Source: a virus
Lineage: Duplodnaviria > Caudoviricetes
DNA length: 64,000 nucleotides
IMG/VR virus record: IMGVR_UViG_3300020445_001720
Location: 1,064 to 65,063 of that record
Direction: 5' to 3' (one strand)
Shown: in pieces, positions 17,282-28,590 of the stretch
Layout of the letters: the number at the start of each line of letters is the position of its first letter
Numbering within the stretch: the stretch's first letter is position 1
Notes under the pieces: model-generated
The model's input: the letters and a program-made list of their open reading frames with translations, nothing else
What the model was told of the DNA's origin: nothing
The model's database searches: none
Position numbers and translations under genes: made by a program

Positions 17282-20200
17282 TTATCTGAGTGCTAAAATG
17301 AGGGGAGTAACTTCTGCTTGGATTGCCCGACTAAAATCTCTACCTCTAATCGTTGAAGTTGTTTGATCAATTGTGATACCTTCACCTATTTTGAAGTTAC
17401 CAGCTTGGTCGGTACTTGTAAATGGTATTTGTGCACCATTAGTAGCAACGACCTCGTTTTCAGGAATAGGAACTCCACCCTGAAAGGGGTTCGCTCTATT
17501 TATATTTACACCTGTACCGACATATTCAAATGAATGTGAGCTGGTTAATATTCTACTGATTCTAAACATTTCAACAGTTACACCAACTCCAATACTATAA
17601 GGTATAAACTGGTCAAGAGTTACTGTTGAAATGCCAACTGTTGGTGTAGGATCCGTTGCTTCAGCAACAGTGAAGTATATTGGTTCTGTTACAGCAGTTG
17701 CTATTCCTCCACCACCTCCACCGATTGAAATTACCAATTCCTCATTAGGTAAGTAATTTCTACCTTCATTAGTAACATCAATTGAAGTAATAGTTCCAGC
17801 AGTACTTACATTTACACTAGCTTCAGCAGAAATTCCTTCAGGTCCTCCAGGAGATGAAACTGTAACTGCAGGTGGTGATGCCTGACTATATCCACTACCA
17901 CCATTCAAAATATTAATTTTTCTTAAAGAACGCAACGGTGCAGTAATAATACCACTAACAGTTGTATCATCATAATCATCAAGATTTATCTTAAAGTATA
18001 ATGCTTGTCCGTTATATGGTCTTCTATAATTACCTATAGTATCTGCAACTCCTGTTAATGTTGTTGTATCAAAATCTCCTCCAACTGTTGCTACTGTTGT
18101 TATACCTGTGAAATCAATTCTACCAACACCATCAGCAACTAATCCATAGTTACCAAAGGAACAGTTTGAGTTTGTTAGATCGCAAGATCCACCAGTATCA
18201 CAGAATATAGCAATATCAGTATTAATAGTGAATATAGACACTAACTGTGCATAAGCATTATTAGTAATAGAAACACCAATACCGTTTTCATTATATTGGG
18301 TAAATGAATCGCAAACCATAGACTTCAGATCTTGTCCTGGATTTACTGCTCCAGTAAATGCAGAACCTACATGATCCCCATCAATCTTCATACCAGTACT
18401 ATCAGTAATAAAGTTTGTACAGTTCCTAACATAAGGGGATCTCCATCTACCACTAGGACCTTCATTACAAGGACCAATATCTAAACATCCTGATCTTGCA
18501 CTACCAATTCCTGCAGGAGGAGGAAATGCTACACAACCACCTTTAATTGTTATTGGTGCTAGATCATCTAATGGATCAGGACTATAAGCAAAATTTAAAT
18601 TTTCAAGCAAACATCCTCTTCTAACATAGAAAATATCATCATCATTCTGTGGATATATTGTAACTAAACGCATATCCTGTCCAGTTATACTAACATCTGT
18701 TCTTAAACCAACTGGATTATTTTCTGAATAAACACCAGTTCTAACATAAATTGTATCTCCTGGTTGGGCAACAGCAGCTGCACCACCAATAGTTAACTTT
18801 GCGTCTCCTTCTGTTCTACCACTATTAGCATCATTTCCAAACTTGGAAACATAAATTATATTCTTAGAGTCTCCACCTCTTGGTGCCCAAACTACTTTAC
18901 TATCTGGATAAGTTATTGTTGGTACACCTGCAGTACCTACTCCAATAATTGTACTGGTAATACCAACAAGAGTATTAATTGCAGAATATACATTTGCACA
19001 TCCTTCTGGATCATGATTATTATTTCTAGCAGAATCTGGTGATATTGATGGATCAATTACTTGTGAAGAAAATAATGAATATGAATCTGTTCTAGTATCT
19101 GGTAATCTTGTAAGACCAACACCAACAGTTACAATTCCAACTAATGATGTTATAGAAGCAACTTGATCAACACGGGATGTAGCAGATCCTATAGTTATCT
19201 GTGTAAATGTATTAAGTGTACCAGATACTTTTGCAACCGTATTATTTCTTATAATATCATTTACAACAGTAAGCATTTGGTTGTAACCATATAATACTTG
19301 TGTCTCTTCTCCTTCTACAAATCTTCCTTCAACATAATATTTGGTAGCATCGTAAACTCTATCATTACCACTAAATGATAGGTTGTACATTACAGAATCT
19401 AATATTTGTTTAACATCATCAACACAAGCTTGTGATCCACCAGTCATACTATGAGATGGATATGTTGCCAATATTCTGTCTACTGTTTCTGCAGCAACAA
19501 AATCTTTATTGAGTTCAATTAATCTTGAAGATGCAGCATACTCACTATTAATTGCATCTATCTGATATGATCTTGGATATGGAGAATTATTAATAACATA
19601 TTTTGCAACATTAGAAGCATAATCAACTGCTGTTACAGTTGCATCTTTAATTGAATAACCATTATCATCTGTACCAGTGATATGGATTAAAGTATCTCCA
19701 TTATAAAAAGATAATCCAGCACCAACACTTTGTTCATTACCACCTTTTGTTATGTCATTGGCAACAGAATATAAAATTGCTTTAATATCATCTCTACAAT
19801 CTCTGTAATGAGATGTTGTTAAAGAAAAACTAGGACTTAGATAATCAGTACTTGTAACAAATCCAAGAGATTCTGCAGCAATAAAATCAGCATTTTGTCT
19901 GAGTAATGCAGCAGCATCAAAGAATCTAGGTGCTATTAATCCAGTTGTACCAACACCTACTGAAGCAAAAACAGATTTAGGAACTCTTACATCGTCAGAA
20001 GTTGTAAATGAATTAAATCCTACAGTATTATTAGAATCATATATTGCACCTTGATTAAAGAAAACATCTTTATCGAATATTTCAAACTCTCTTGATGGTA
20101 AATTGGTTCCAACACCAATTGATCCTATACCAGTTGTTGTAATTACTATTCCATCAGGACCAACTTTCAATGTTCCTTCAAGAGTTGAATCTCCATCTAC

Positions 20201-21490
20201 ATTTAATGCGGAATCAAAATCAACATCATTAACAACATTTAATTGACTTTGAAGAGTTGTATTATTTGCAACGGTTAAAGTATTATTAAGAGTCGCTGCA
20301 CCTGAAACTTCAAGTGCTTGTTCTAACTTTGTATCTTTCTCTACTGTTAGTTTATCTTTGAAAGTTGCAGCAGCACCAACTTCCATTGTACCGAATATAG
20401 TTGCTGAAGTTCCAACTTGTATATTTTCGGTAATTGATGCACCTTTACCAACAACAATTTGTTGTTCAAATGTTGATACACCTACGACTCTTACATCTCC
20501 CATAAAGGTAGATGCAGATCCCACATATAAAGTATCCTCAAGTGCAGTGGAACGTTCAACTGTTAATGAGTTTTCAAATAAACCTTGACCTGTTCCTCCA
20601 ACTGTAAAATCATCAAGTATTGAAGTTATACCAGTTACTTTAAATGGAGCATCTATTGTAGAACCAGCTCCTGTTGCATTAAATCCTTGAGTAAATTCTG
20701 CTCTCTGAAAGAAACTAGAGATACCTAATACAATTATATCTCCTTGAAATCTTGAAACACCTGCTACATGAAGATGATTTTGTGGAAGTGTAAGACCAAT
20801 ACCAATATATGAGTTAGTTACAAGTCCAGCAGGTCTCTTTTCCCAGAATGTTCTTATAGAAATATCTGCAATATTGGGATTATTTGGGTTTATAGAACCT
20901 TCTACTAATTCTTTTAGTGCTCCACCACCACTAGTAATGAAGTTAAGACCACGGAATGATGAAGTACCTACAAGAGTTTCTTCGTTATAAACAAAGATAC
21001 CTTCACTGAATGAAGGTTCAAATTCTACCCATTTTATACCTTCAGAATCCTTTGTTAAGAATGCTCCTAAAACACCAGGATTATTAGTTGAGTCATATAA
21101 ATTGGCACTCAATCTCATGTCGCCAACAACATCCAATCTTCTTGTTGGATCTAATGTTCCTAAGCCTAATCTACCATCACTCTCTTTTATTATTAAACTT
21201 GCACCACCTGGATTTCCATCCGAACCACCAACCCTAAAAGTATCAGTAACAGTTAATACTCCTACTTGTAATTCTTTTAATTCTTGATCAAAATTTACTG
21301 CACCCTTAAACGTACTAATACCATTGAAGACAGCATTACCTAATACATTTAAATCTCCAAAATCGCTATCATCCCCTTGAAAATCATAATATAATTTACC
21401 AAAAACATAAACGTCTTTATAGAACTTTGCGTCCTCATTTTGTATCGTTGGTTTTCCAATTATAGTCAAGTCTTCTCTCTTTTCTTCCAT
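17282..21490 (-). CDS. Large virion structural/fibre-anchor protein
   Basis: Beta-helix-like IYVSKFGNDANSG...TIGGA, SPYVRNCTNF, SHSFEYVG; paralogue of 60731..63598. Confidence 0.8.
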   Translation of the reverse strand: MEEKREDLTIIGKPTIQNEDAKFYKDVYVFGKLYYDFQGDDSDFGDLNVLGNAVFNGISTFKGAVNFDQELKELQVGVLTVTDTFRVGGSDGNPGGASLIIKESDGRLGLGTLDPTRRLDVVGDMRLSANLYDSTNNPGVLGAFLTKDSEGIKWVEFEPSFSEGIFVYNEETLVGTSSFRGLNFITSGGGALKELVEGSINPNNPNIADISIRTFWEKRPAGLVTNSYIGIGLTLPQNHLHVAGVSRFQGDIIVLGISSFFQRAEFTQGFNATGAGSTIDAPFKVTGITSILDDFTVGGTGQGLFENSLTVERSTALEDTLYVGSASTFMGDVRVVGVSTFEQQIVVGKGASITENIQVGTSATIFGTMEVGAAATFKDKLTVEKDTKLEQALEVSGAATLNNTLTVANNTTLQSQLNVVNDVDFDSALNVDGDSTLEGTLKVGPDGIVITTTGIGSIGVGTNLPSREFEIFDKDVFFNQGAIYDSNNTVGFNSFTTSDDVRVPKSVFASVGVGTTGLIAPRFFDAAALLRQNADFIAAESLGFVTSTDYLSPSFSLTTSHYRDCRDDIKAILYSVANDITKGGNEQSVGAGLSFYNGDTLIHITGTDDNGYSIKDATVTAVDYASNVAKYVINNSPYPRSYQIDAINSEYAASSRLIELNKDFVAAETVDRILATYPSHSMTGGSQACVDDVKQILDSVMYNLSFSGNDRVYDATKYYVEGRFVEGEETQVLYGYNQMLTVVNDIIRNNTVAKVSGTLNTFTQITIGSATSRVDQVASITSLVGIVTVGVGLTRLPDTRTDSYSLFSSQVIDPSISPDSARNNNHDPEGCANVYSAINTLVGITSTIIGVGTAGVPTITYPDSKVVWAPRGGDSKNIIYVSKFGNDANSGRTEGDAKLTIGGAAAVAQPGDTIYVRTGVYSENNPVGLRTDVSITGQDMRLVTIYPQNDDDIFYVRRGCLLENLNFAYSPDPLDDLAPITIKGGCVAFPPPAGIGSARSGCLDIGPCNEGPSGRWRSPYVRNCTNFITDSTGMKIDGDHVGSAFTGAVNPGQDLKSMVCDSFTQYNENGIGVSITNNAYAQLVSIFTINTDIAIFCDTGGSCDLTNSNCSFGNYGLVADGVGRIDFTGITTVATVGGDFDTTTLTGVADTIGNYRRPYNGQALYFKINLDDYDDTTVSGIITAPLRSLRKINILNGGSGYSQASPPAVTVSSPGGPEGISAEASVNVSTAGTITSIDVTNEGRNYLPNEELVISIGGGGGGIATAVTEPIYFTVAEATDPTPTVGISTVTLDQFIPYSIGVGVTVEMFRISRILTSSHSFEYVGTGVNINRANPFQGGVPIPENEVVATNGAQIPFTSTDQAGNFKIGEGITIDQTTSTIRGRDFSRAIQAEVTPLILALR

Positions 21491-22224
21491 TAGATACCAA
21501 GACCTCCTATTATACTTTTAATAGAATCATTACTGATTTGTCCTTTTAATTGATCTTTAAGTGCATTTGTATCAATCTTGGATGCAAGATCAGTGTATGC
21601 ACTAAGTTTTCCTCCTATTTGAGATTCAAACTTACCAGCAAATGTATTTGCTGCAGTTGCAAGTTCAGGTAATGCTCCACCTAATGCATCTGCTAAGAAA
21701 TCTCCACCAACAAAACTTCCCGCAAAAGCATTTCTGGCAAAATCTATACCCATAGATTCAGGAAGATTACCCAACTTAGCAGAAACAACAGCTTTTAAAC
21801 CGTTAATATCTACCTTTCCACCTTTAGCATTTAAGTTTATATTTTTTCCTATAATATCAACATCATTATCTGCCTTTATTAAAATATTTGGTGCCTTGAT
21901 TGTAACTGCTCCATTACCATTTGATGTAATAGTAATTCCTCCTTTCAGAGAAGTTATACTTATATCATCATCCTTTGCACTAGTATTATTAGCACCTGCA
22001 GCAATTTCCAATTTCCTATCGCTATGTAAACTTAATGTTCCAGCATTAGTCTGAAACAAACTTGATTTATCTCCATCATCATTTGCACCATATATTAACC
22101 AGGACAAGTTTCCCTCATTGCCCATCTGAGGATTATTAGCATCAATTCTAAAATCGGGACCTAAAGAAATAAATCTCCTTCTGTCCCAATTACATGCCTC
22201 TACTGGTCTTTCTGTATTAGCCAT
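21490..22224 (-). CDS. Probable gp5 C-terminal/spike-like beta-helix protein
   Basis: Alternating I.I.A..DI.I repeats; abuts the gp5-like gene. Confidence 0.55.
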   Translation of the reverse strand: MANTERPVEACNWDRRRFISLGPDFRIDANNPQMGNEGNLSWLIYGANDDGDKSSLFQTNAGTLSLHSDRKLEIAAGANNTSAKDDDISITSLKGGITITSNGNGAVTIKAPNILIKADNDVDIIGKNINLNAKGGKVDINGLKAVVSAKLGNLPESMGIDFARNAFAGSFVGGDFLADALGGALPELATAANTFAGKFESQIGGKLSAYTDLASKIDTNALKDQLKGQISNDSIKSIIGGLGI

Positions 22225-24248
22225 TAGTTATCGACCTCACTTGATCCCAAAGACCCGCCATCATCAATACAATCAATAACCTGCTGTACTTCTCCCTTAT
22301 ATTCAGGAGTTCCTAAGACAGGTCTAATTAAAGCACCAGTTCCTGTACCTTTAATTCTAATTTGCGGTAAATTCGGAGTTATACTAATATTTAGTGGTTT
22401 AACAGAAACGATACTTCCCTTATCAACAATAACCTTATATTCATTTCCAAAGTTATCAACTCCTATATCTCCTTCAGAATATCCTAAACCAGGATTATCA
22501 ACTATTGTATCTACAACACCAACTTCTTCAATTTCTCCTGGTGGGTATCCTTCTCCTTCAGATACCATATATATCCCAACAACTTCACCATTTTTAACTA
22601 ATGCTCTAGCAACAGCACCATATCCTTGCTTACACTCATCAACAATCTCAACGAAAGGAGGAAACTCATAATCAACACCAGGTTTATTAAGTTTAATACC
22701 AATAATACTTGCAGTAGTCTCTACAAATCCAGGAGGACCATTTAATGTTCCCATAATAGCTTCTGCAGCTGCTCCAAGTCCATTACCACCAAATATTCTA
22801 ACTTTTGGTTTACCACAACCTGTTCTAGTTCCCCCAAAACATGCTCCTAAAGGATCTTTAAAGTCTTCAGCAAAATTTGGAATATTTAAGTTTACGTCTA
22901 ATGAACTTCCAACTCCATCTACTGATTGAACAAGATTATTTGCAGCATCCAATACACCATCAACACTATCCAAAGTATCCTTAATTCCTCCTCCTATTGT
23001 AAATGATTTAGGAAGACCAGTACATTTATCAATGTTTTGACCACAATCAAATATTGCACCTACAGTACTAATCATATCTACTTTACTTCTAATCTTTTCA
23101 GTAATATCATATCCACTAGACAATACTTTAGTTATTCCTCCAAGAGGAGTTGCTAATGTAGAACCAATACTATCAACTATACTATTTAAAGCTGCACCTG
23201 TAAATTGATCTGCCATACATTCTGGAAATCCAGTAACATCATCAAACGAATCAACCATAGATTTCAACATTTTTTCAATTATATCTTCTAGCATTAAATT
23301 AACATTACTTGATAAACATGGAAGTGCCTTTGAAAGTGTATTAACTGGAAGAACCATAGCTTTCTGTGCTGCTACACCTCCTAAATGTGCTGCTACAGGA
23401 TTTGCTGTTAATGCTAATATATTAGAAAAAACACCATCATATAATACCTTTAATCCTGTCTGTACCTGTCCTGTTAGTTCTCCAACAACATTTTCACTAA
23501 TATCTCCAACTAAACCATTAACACCTGTTGCTATAGTTTTGGTTGTCTCTTTTATTGACTCATTTATTTTATCAATCTGACCTTCACCCATATTTGAAAG
23601 ACGTTTAAAGTCTTCTAAAAAGTTATTAACAGTTGTCTTTACTTTGTTTACACTACCATCTACACAAGGACTCTCCTTTGTAATTTGTTTACCAAGAACA
23701 CTACTTACGGTTACAGTAGGAGGATTTCTCTTCTCTGCTTGGTCTTGAGTAACATTTATAGGACTTACTACAGCATCAGTTCTCTCCTCATTAGATTCAT
23801 TTGCAGCAATAACGGTGGTACCTGTTGGATTTGGTATCTCATTGGTATAACCTGTGAATGGTATAAATGCACCACTATATTCCGCAAATGCCTCAGTAGC
23901 TGCTCTGGTTCTACCAAAACTTGCAATAATTGCTGGAACTTGAGCATCATCTCCATCTAAGAAAAATCCTAATACAATTTCTCCAGGTTCAATGTGAATT
24001 GACTGTGCCTGATTAGCTGCACCAGTTCCTGCAGTTGGGGGTAACAGTACAATTGCTAAAGGTAAATCTTTATCTGGTAACTTATTCTCATCAGGATGAT
24101 AACCCATAATCCTGACTCTTCTTTTAAGACCCCAGTTTTCATTAACGTTATAATTTACTTTATGATTGGGAGATGGAGGAACTTGTCCAATCCACCACCT
24201 AAAACCATCTCTTCCAAGAAAATTAGTTTTTAAATTAGTATTATCCAT
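22224..24248 (-). CDS. gp5: Baseplate hub/puncturing device protein, T4 gp5-like N-terminal OB fold
   Basis: FRWWIGQV...RVRIMGYH...LPDKDLP.A...GEIVLGFFLDGDDAQVPAI. Confidence 0.85.
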   Translation of the reverse strand: MDNTNLKTNFLGRDGFRWWIGQVPPSPNHKVNYNVNENWGLKRRVRIMGYHPDENKLPDKDLPLAIVLLPPTAGTGAANQAQSIHIEPGEIVLGFFLDGDDAQVPAIIASFGRTRAATEAFAEYSGAFIPFTGYTNEIPNPTGTTVIAANESNEERTDAVVSPINVTQDQAEKRNPPTVTVSSVLGKQITKESPCVDGSVNKVKTTVNNFLEDFKRLSNMGEGQIDKINESIKETTKTIATGVNGLVGDISENVVGELTGQVQTGLKVLYDGVFSNILALTANPVAAHLGGVAAQKAMVLPVNTLSKALPCLSSNVNLMLEDIIEKMLKSMVDSFDDVTGFPECMADQFTGAALNSIVDSIGSTLATPLGGITKVLSSGYDITEKIRSKVDMISTVGAIFDCGQNIDKCTGLPKSFTIGGGIKDTLDSVDGVLDAANNLVQSVDGVGSSLDVNLNIPNFAEDFKDPLGACFGGTRTGCGKPKVRIFGGNGLGAAAEAIMGTLNGPPGFVETTASIIGIKLNKPGVDYEFPPFVEIVDECKQGYGAVARALVKNGEVVGIYMVSEGEGYPPGEIEEVGVVDTIVDNPGLGYSEGDIGVDNFGNEYKVIVDKGSIVSVKPLNISITPNLPQIRIKGTGTGALIRPVLGTPEYKGEVQQVIDCIDDGGSLGSSEVDN

Positions 24249-24250
24249 AA

Positions 24251-25711
24251 TTATTCTTCTCCCTCTGTCCCTGTTCCCGATTCTCTTCCAGGATTATCTC
24301 CTGCAAAATCTCTCAATAATTTCATAGATGTATAAGATTTTTCTATATCGTAGTGATGGCATAACTCTTTAATTATATAAGGACCACTCATCTTTCCACC
24401 ATCTCTTACTAATTCTTTGCTCATTTTAGGAAATTCACATTCAACACACATACCCACTTCTAAATTTGAGTTAAGGGGAATTGTCATATCCAACACATTT
24501 GTAAATAATGTATTATATCTTGTAACAGATTGCATTTGAAATTGCAATGGATCAGATGACTTGAGATGATTTGTGTCTCCCCTTGCTAATACACCTATAT
24601 CAAGAACTCCAGTAAGTATTCTGCTTGCAGTATCCTCAATAGTATCATCAGAATCTGCATTAAGTTTTAAAGGGTAATCTGCAGGATTTTCAGAACCCAT
24701 CAAAGACATATTATCTTCTTTTAATGCATCTTTTCTTTTATATACATTACCTTTAAATTCAAAATTGTATGGATTAAAATACATACCAGAAGTTGCATAA
24801 ACTCCTAATTTTAAATTTTTAACAATGTCATTACTTACCTGTATTGAAAATTTTAATATCTTAAAATCATTATTTAATGGTCTATCTTGATCATCATACG
24901 CTACTGTTGCTTCTTCATAATAAAAAGGAGGTGATTTTTCTTTATCTCCATTACTATTTGTAATTTTATAATATTCTTGCCTCATTAAAGTATCAACAGA
25001 TTTAAATTTAAAACCTGTTTTGGTTTGATAAAATAAAAATCCAGCACTCTTACCTTTTGCACTATTAGACACAGATTTTTTTGCTAACCATGTTATTACA
25101 GGAAATGGTTTTCTCATATTCCCAATAAATCCATAAGAATTTGATGTTAATTCAACTTCAATACGGTCTTGATCCTCAATCTTAAGAGTATCTTTTAAAA
25201 TATTCGTAACAGTAGCACCAATATTCTGATTTGGAGAATATTTCTTATAACATCTTTCCGTTTCATTAGTCAATGCTTCTCTACTTGTTAGATGTAAAGT
25301 AAACATTTCTCTCTTAGAATCTCTGAGAATATTGGTAATACTAGTAATATAAAGATAATCATTAACTTTTGTAGAAAAATCTAATGGAATATTAGTTTCA
25401 GTATTTGCTCCTATTTTAATCTTACACCTTTCTCCTCCTCTAATAGGAAAACCATCAAAAAGTGCAACTAGTTCATCACCTTCAGTACTTTCTTCAGATA
25501 AGTCTTTAACAACTTGAGATTCATTTAATATTGTTACTTTCATAGTAATAGCTGGAGAGAATATATCTTCAAAATACTCAATAGACACAACATATGGAAC
25601 CAGATCAAATTCGGATGTTGAACCCTTTTGATCCGTTTGTTCTGCATACCCATCTCTCCTATCTGAGGATATAACAAACTCTTCTATTATGGATCGATTA
25701 GTTGCTGACAT
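24251..25711 (-). CDS. Probable baseplate hub protein (gp27-like)
   Basis: YFEDIFSP, FLFYQTKTGFKFKS and SGPYIIKELCH motifs; position upstream of gp5. Confidence 0.55.
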   Translation of the reverse strand: MSATNRSIIEEFVISSDRRDGYAEQTDQKGSTSEFDLVPYVVSIEYFEDIFSPAITMKVTILNESQVVKDLSEESTEGDELVALFDGFPIRGGERCKIKIGANTETNIPLDFSTKVNDYLYITSITNILRDSKREMFTLHLTSREALTNETERCYKKYSPNQNIGATVTNILKDTLKIEDQDRIEVELTSNSYGFIGNMRKPFPVITWLAKKSVSNSAKGKSAGFLFYQTKTGFKFKSVDTLMRQEYYKITNSNGDKEKSPPFYYEEATVAYDDQDRPLNNDFKILKFSIQVSNDIVKNLKLGVYATSGMYFNPYNFEFKGNVYKRKDALKEDNMSLMGSENPADYPLKLNADSDDTIEDTASRILTGVLDIGVLARGDTNHLKSSDPLQFQMQSVTRYNTLFTNVLDMTIPLNSNLEVGMCVECEFPKMSKELVRDGGKMSGPYIIKELCHHYDIEKSYTSMKLLRDFAGDNPGRESGTGTEGEE

Positions 25712-25717
25712 TATAGA

Positions 25718-26971
25718 TTATGTATAAGTAAGATCCTGTAACATTAATTGTTCTATACTATTTAACTCATCAGAACCACCAGATATAACAACATTCCCAC
25801 CTTCCGAAGATCCATTCACATTTACTTGTTGTGGACTATTATCAATAACAGTTATTTCTTGTGGTTTTACTTTTGGAATTATCATAGCAAGTTTTTGCTC
25901 AGTGTTATTTTGTCCTTCTATTCTTAAATCTTCATTCTTAATTTTTTGTCCTGCAGCATTAACTTGCTGATGAACCTTATCTGTCAATGATAATTGTTTA
26001 TTTTCTAAAGTATCCTCATTATTCACATTATTATAGTTGTCCCTATATCTAATTTGACTAGGATCTGGAGCAAATGGTAATGCACTAATAGCAGCATTTA
26101 TCTCCTCTTTAGTATCATAAGCAGAAGGATTTTTCTCAATAGTTTCCTTGACCTGTTCATAAAAAGCAGGAGGAAAAAGATCCCTATTATCCTCTAATAC
26201 AACAAATGGATCAACTTTTTCGCTATTACTACTTATTCTATTTCCAGTGTTATTTTCATCATTATTAGGTTTTGGTAATCTCGTTTCACTATCTTCTATA
26301 GAAGAATCGTCAATTCCACCATTTAATTCTTGTTCAAATTCTTTTTCTGGATTATCAAGAACCCTTTCTGCACCAGTAATGTCACCATTAAGTCTCTGCC
26401 ATGATAATTCTATATCAGAAAATGCATCCTTTATTTTATCAGAAGAATCTGCAAAATCAAATGATAAAATATTTTGTCCGAATGCAATAACTAATCCACC
26501 CAAACCTTTCACAAAATCCATAGTTCCACCAACAGCATTACCTATTTTATTCCAAACACCTACAATAAAATCAATTCCTCCCTGAATTGTTTCCATAATA
26601 TTACCAGCATTCTTAAGTAACCAAGCACCTGCAAAAAGTCCCATTATATTAAGTACTTTACTAAGAATATTTCCACCAGTTTTCTTGATAGATTTGCCAA
26701 TATTTGCAAATGTATCTCCAACAAGATTAGATTTTTCTAATCTACTTTCTTCAGACTGCTTTTTCACTAAATCTCTATATTTTGCAGCATCATCTTTAAT
26801 AAGTTGTAATTCCTTTTCCTTTAATCTATTACTTTTTTCCAACTCATCTTGTACACCAAGTACACTCTTTGACATACTTTTAAGATTATTTTTTAACGAA
26901 CGAAAACTATCTCTCATAGAAGATATGGGAGACCTTACAGTTTTACCACCTGATGTTGTTACTTTCGCCAT
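25718..26971 (-). CDS. Baseplate hub/tape-measure-like helical protein
   Basis: Coiled-coil N-terminus, amphipathic middle; position in the hub operon. Confidence 0.5.
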   Translation of the reverse strand: MAKVTTSGGKTVRSPISSMRDSFRSLKNNLKSMSKSVLGVQDELEKSNRLKEKELQLIKDDAAKYRDLVKKQSEESRLEKSNLVGDTFANIGKSIKKTGGNILSKVLNIMGLFAGAWLLKNAGNIMETIQGGIDFIVGVWNKIGNAVGGTMDFVKGLGGLVIAFGQNILSFDFADSSDKIKDAFSDIELSWQRLNGDITGAERVLDNPEKEFEQELNGGIDDSSIEDSETRLPKPNNDENNTGNRISSNSEKVDPFVVLEDNRDLFPPAFYEQVKETIEKNPSAYDTKEEINAAISALPFAPDPSQIRYRDNYNNVNNEDTLENKQLSLTDKVHQQVNAAGQKIKNEDLRIEGQNNTEQKLAMIIPKVKPQEITVIDNSPQQVNVNGSSEGGNVVISGGSDELNSIEQLMLQDLTYT

Positions 26972-26976
26972 TTAAT

Positions 26977-28422
26977 CTATGCTCCAGGTGTGTTAAATTC
27001 TGATTTTGCATTCAGAGCATATAAATTATCACGATTACTTGATGCAATATTCGGTATAGTATTTTTCGGAGTTCCACCACCTCCACCATTTACTGTCTGA
27101 CCACCGTTATTAGGTCGAATGACTGTTACAATTGGTTTTGGTTGCGTAATTTGTCCAAGGTTTTGGAAATTATTATTATTCGTACCATTTATCTGAACAT
27201 TATCTCCATTACCTGTAATATCAATTCCTTCATTATTAGCATCTCTCGTCAAATCACTGTGTATAGATTGCCCCATAGCAGAAACACTCAAGACACCCGA
27301 AACACCTTGCATACCTGGAATCAAACTGGTAATAGCACCTGCAGTATATAATCCTGCACCTACCCAGTTACCCTTCATACCCTCACTTACAGCACCCCAA
27401 ATATCAAGACCAGTACCAATAACAGGTATGGCTCCTAAAACTCCTCTCCTAGCAACTGCTCCAGCTGCTCCTCGTGTTGCTGTTGTTGCTGCTGTTGTTG
27501 CTACTCTTGTTGCACCTCTTGAACCTATATTAAAGAATCCTTTTATTGCAGTTCTCATACCAGGACCAATTGCCCTTGCAATACCAACATATGCCTTCCT
27601 TATTGCAGTCTGAATAATGTTACCTGCTACTCTAAATGGGAATGTTACTACCCTAGTAGCAAATGAAGCTACACCTGTAGCAAACTTAGCAGCAAGAGAT
27701 ACTAATTTACTCGTAAATCTTGTGAAAAGATGGAACCCCCTTGTTACTTGTTGAAGAGCAGAGTTTAAATCTACACCCAATTGCCTCATCAGGTCACTAT
27801 TACCCTGTTGCCACGCAGTAAACGTCTCAAATACTTTTTTAGCAAGGAAACCACCAAAAAGAAGTAAAAGTGCATTTTTGATTTTATCAAAAAATCCTAC
27901 TGTTTTCTTTTGTGTAGCATCTACCTTTGATTTTGCTTTTTTTTCTAAATCAGGTTCTTCTAATTCATCTTCTCTTTGCTCTTTTATCTTATTTTGGAAG
28001 AAAAGATTTTGTTGCTTTGCTAATTCTTCCTGTATCTTAGCCTCAGTTTCATTTCCTTTTATAATTACCTTTCTAATATTAGCAAGAACTGTTTGCATAT
28101 TAGCAACAGTAGATTCTAATACATCTACTCTCTTTGTTAAAGTATTAACTGGAGCAACTAAAGCACCAGCATCTGCTTGAACTCTCTGACCTACATCACC
28201 TCTATTTGACAATACCAAAGCACCGCCACCACCAAAATTCATCTTACTGGTTCTAGCAATTGCCTGTCTATTTTGTTTAGATAATATACTACTACGACTC
28301 TTAAATACCTTCTTTCTTTCTTCATTTGACAAAATTTTTCCCGTAGAAGGATCTACCCCAGTATCTGCTGCATCCAGACTGGGATTATTACCTATATTGA
28401 AAAAACTGTCTTTAACCGCCAT
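26977..28422 (-). CDS. Baseplate hub/tail-length determinant-like protein (gp29-like position)
   Basis: Coiled coil plus Gly/Ala-rich hydrophobic helices (GAIPVIGTGLD); follows gp51. Confidence 0.5.
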   Translation of the reverse strand: MAVKDSFFNIGNNPSLDAADTGVDPSTGKILSNEERKKVFKSRSSILSKQNRQAIARTSKMNFGGGGALVLSNRGDVGQRVQADAGALVAPVNTLTKRVDVLESTVANMQTVLANIRKVIIKGNETEAKIQEELAKQQNLFFQNKIKEQREDELEEPDLEKKAKSKVDATQKKTVGFFDKIKNALLLLFGGFLAKKVFETFTAWQQGNSDLMRQLGVDLNSALQQVTRGFHLFTRFTSKLVSLAAKFATGVASFATRVVTFPFRVAGNIIQTAIRKAYVGIARAIGPGMRTAIKGFFNIGSRGATRVATTAATTATRGAAGAVARRGVLGAIPVIGTGLDIWGAVSEGMKGNWVGAGLYTAGAITSLIPGMQGVSGVLSVSAMGQSIHSDLTRDANNEGIDITGNGDNVQINGTNNNNFQNLGQITQPKPIVTVIRPNNGGQTVNGGGGGTPKNTIPNIASSNRDNLYALNAKSEFNTPGA

Positions 28423-28588
28423 TTATACCACGTTTTAAATTTTCCTCTTCGATATGCTGAGATAAGAGAGTTACATATATTTCTCTTTCCCAAGGCATCA
28501 TATTTTCTAATTCTGTTAATGAATATTTATGATGCTGCATCAGGGCAAAATTCGTCTTAAAGTATGACTCAAGAGATTCGTGAGCCAT
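28412..28588 (-). CDS. gp51: Baseplate hub assembly catalyst
   Basis: Below cutoff; MAHESLESYFKTNFALMQHHKYSLTELENMMPWEREIYV... directly after gp26. Confidence 0.9.
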   Translation of the reverse strand: MAHESLESYFKTNFALMQHHKYSLTELENMMPWEREIYVTLLSQHIEEENLKRGINGG

Positions 28589-28590
28589 GG

